Positions 62,560 through 64,000 of a DNA stretch of 64,000 nt are shown here, piece by piece. How positions within the stretch are numbered: the first letter of the stretch is position 1; each line of letters starts with the position of its first letter. Position numbers and translations under genes: made by a program. Source of the DNA: a virus (lineage: Duplodnaviria; Caudoviricetes); the IMG/VR virus record IMGVR_UViG_3300027858_000004, positions 1 to 64,000 of that record; one strand, 5' to 3'. Below the pieces are notes generated by a model, which was not told where the DNA came from, ran no database searches, and saw only the letters and a program-made list of their open reading frames with translations.

Positions 62560-63300
62560 ATGTTAAAGTTTATAGGTTCTGGAAGTGCATTCAATACAAA
62601 ATTAGGTAATAATTCTGCCTATTACAAAGAAGGAAATCAAATGCTACTAATCGACTGTGGCAGCAATATCTTTCATCGAATTAAAGAGGGCAACCTATTA
62701 GAAGGGATAGAGAATATTCACATTTTGATTACTCATACACATGCTGACCATGTGGGCTCATTGGCAGACTTAATTCTATACACATATTACTCTCATGGTG
62801 AGTTTGCTAAGTCAAAAGTGGTTGTGCACTCGCTTCTGTCCACAGGTGTCAAAGAAGTATTGAGATTAAACGGTGTAGTCGAGAATATTCATTATGAATA
62901 TGCAACTTTACGATTTGATACAATCACAACTATTCCGTCATTAAGAGTTACAATAATTAACTGTTACGAGACTTCGCATGTAAATGAATTAAAATCGTTT
63001 GCATTTGATTTAACTATCAAAGGAAAAGGAGTGTATTATTCTGGAGATGCTAATGAAATAAATAAGGAAGTATTAGAAGCAATTAATAACAATTTCTTTG
63101 ATTATGCCTATATTGATACTTGTAAAGCTGATTACGAAGGTAATGTACATCTATCATTAAGAGAGTTATCTGAGCTAATTAAGCCAGAAGCACGTAATCA
63201 AGTGTGGTGTATGCATTTAGATGAAGGGTTTAATAGAAAAGAAGCCGAAGATTTAGGGTTTAACGTTGTCACTAATGTTAAGGGAGATGAACACTATTAA
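62560..63300 (+). CDS. MBL-fold hydrolase, Apyc1 (anti-Pycsar)-like
   Basis: G.GSAF...NNSA, LLIDCG, THTHADH, YSGD, VH.SL.EL, MH. Confidence 0.75.
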   Translation: MLKFIGSGSAFNTKLGNNSAYYKEGNQMLLIDCGSNIFHRIKEGNLLEGIENIHILITHTHADHVGSLADLILYTYYSHGEFAKSKVVVHSLLSTGVKEVLRLNGVVENIHYEYATLRFDTITTIPSLRVTIINCYETSHVNELKSFAFDLTIKGKGVYYSGDANEINKEVLEAINNNFFDYAYIDTCKADYEGNVHLSLRELSELIKPEARNQVWCMHLDEGFNRKEAEDLGFNVVTNVKGDEHY

Positions 63301-63760
63301 ATACAAAGTGTATGACGACAGAGAAGAAGGAACTTTATTTGAAGGAAACGAAGATGAATGCATGTTTTGGATGAATGAGAATTATCCAGAGGATAATGAA
63401 GAATTTGAGCACATATGGATGATAGGTGAAGAAGATAAACCTCTAATCACCACCAAAGGGATTGAGCGATTAGAAGAGTATAAATTCTATGAAATACATG
63501 ACCCATATTTTGCACTAATTAAAGCAAATAATGAAGAGGATGCAGTTAACCAATACATTAAAGTGGTTGCTGGAAACGTAGAAGATACTGTTGAGCTAAT
63601 GGAAGAAATAAAAGAAGTTGATTTAACTGATACACTAATAAAATACGTTCACTCATTCTACCAACCTGCTATAGAAATTTATGAAACAATTGAAGAATAT
63701 CTTGAGTTTTTACTCAAAGAAGAATCAAACGTTCTGTTAGTTGATGGAAGTTTATTATAA
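63287..63760 (+). CDS. acidic hypothetical protein
   Basis: ORF; PYFALIKA motif. Confidence 0.65.
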   Translation: MNTIKYKVYDDREEGTLFEGNEDECMFWMNENYPEDNEEFEHIWMIGEEDKPLITTKGIERLEEYKFYEIHDPYFALIKANNEEDAVNQYIKVVAGNVEDTVELMEEIKEVDLTDTLIKYVHSFYQPAIEIYETIEEYLEFLLKEESNVLLVDGSLL

Positions 63761-64000
63761 TGTGGATTATAGAGCTATTGGTATATGGATTTGAAATTAT
63801 TTCATTTCTATTTGAATCAAAGAACGAACGAAATAAGAAGAAAAATAAAAGAAAATAGGAGATGAATAAATGTTAGTTTTCACAATTATTATGATAGTTA
63901 TGTATAGCATGTTACTGATTGGAACCACTGCTTTTGGAAGTATTCAAAAAGATGAAGATGAATTGAAAAAGGCTGATGACTCAGAGCAGTTTGCATATGT

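Larger units (their letters stand above)
1..64000 (+). mobile_element. Segment of a large temperate Bacillota phage/prophage (SPbeta/Tsamsa-like)
   Basis: Co-oriented small ORFs, phage replication block, yopP/Q/R-like module, homing endonucleases, anti-restriction genes; no host housekeeping context. Confidence 0.9.

Noticed and set aside
1-64000. tRNA or rRNA genes and IS transposases
   Set aside because: No cloverleaf or T-loop signatures in intergenic gaps and no transposase motifs seen by eye; tRNAscan-SE would be needed to exclude them fully

Overview
AT-rich segment of a large temperate Bacillus-type siphophage or prophage. The gene order resembles SPbeta and Tsamsa-like phages, and essentially all real genes are on the + strand. 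1-24 kb: an early or host-takeover region of about 60 small, mostly acidic ORFs driven by about 23 near-identical consensus sigma-A promoters. It includes two Ocr-like DNA mimics, ArdA, a TM2 protein, HNH and LAGLIDADG nucleases, a lone minimal nucleotidyltransferase and a pistol self-cleaving ribozyme. 24-28 kb: a yopP-yopQ-yopR (sroD-sroE-sroF/mrpR)-like module made of an intact tyrosine recombinase, a DndB/ParB-like protein and a degenerate recombinase-fold repressor, with no arbitrium genes in front. It is followed by a small acidic ORF behind a LexA box. 28-51 kb: an L33-like Zn ribbon, RtcB, a Rok-like protein, more small ORFs, an ABC/PspA/OmpA-like operon and pnuC-HNH-nadR. 52-59 kb: a replication block behind tandem NrdR boxes, with RusA, an SSB-like protein, an AAA ATPase split by a LAGLIDADG-carrying group I intron, a DnaB-like helicase and a primase. 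59-64 kb: accessory ORFs including an Apyc1-like MBL hydrolase. The most striking unexplained structure is about 38 copies of an 18-bp imperfect palindrome (RTAAWA-N6-TWTTAT) at the boundaries of accessory genes, suggesting a recombinase-driven gene-cassette system. All calls come from reading motifs by eye; no database searches were run.
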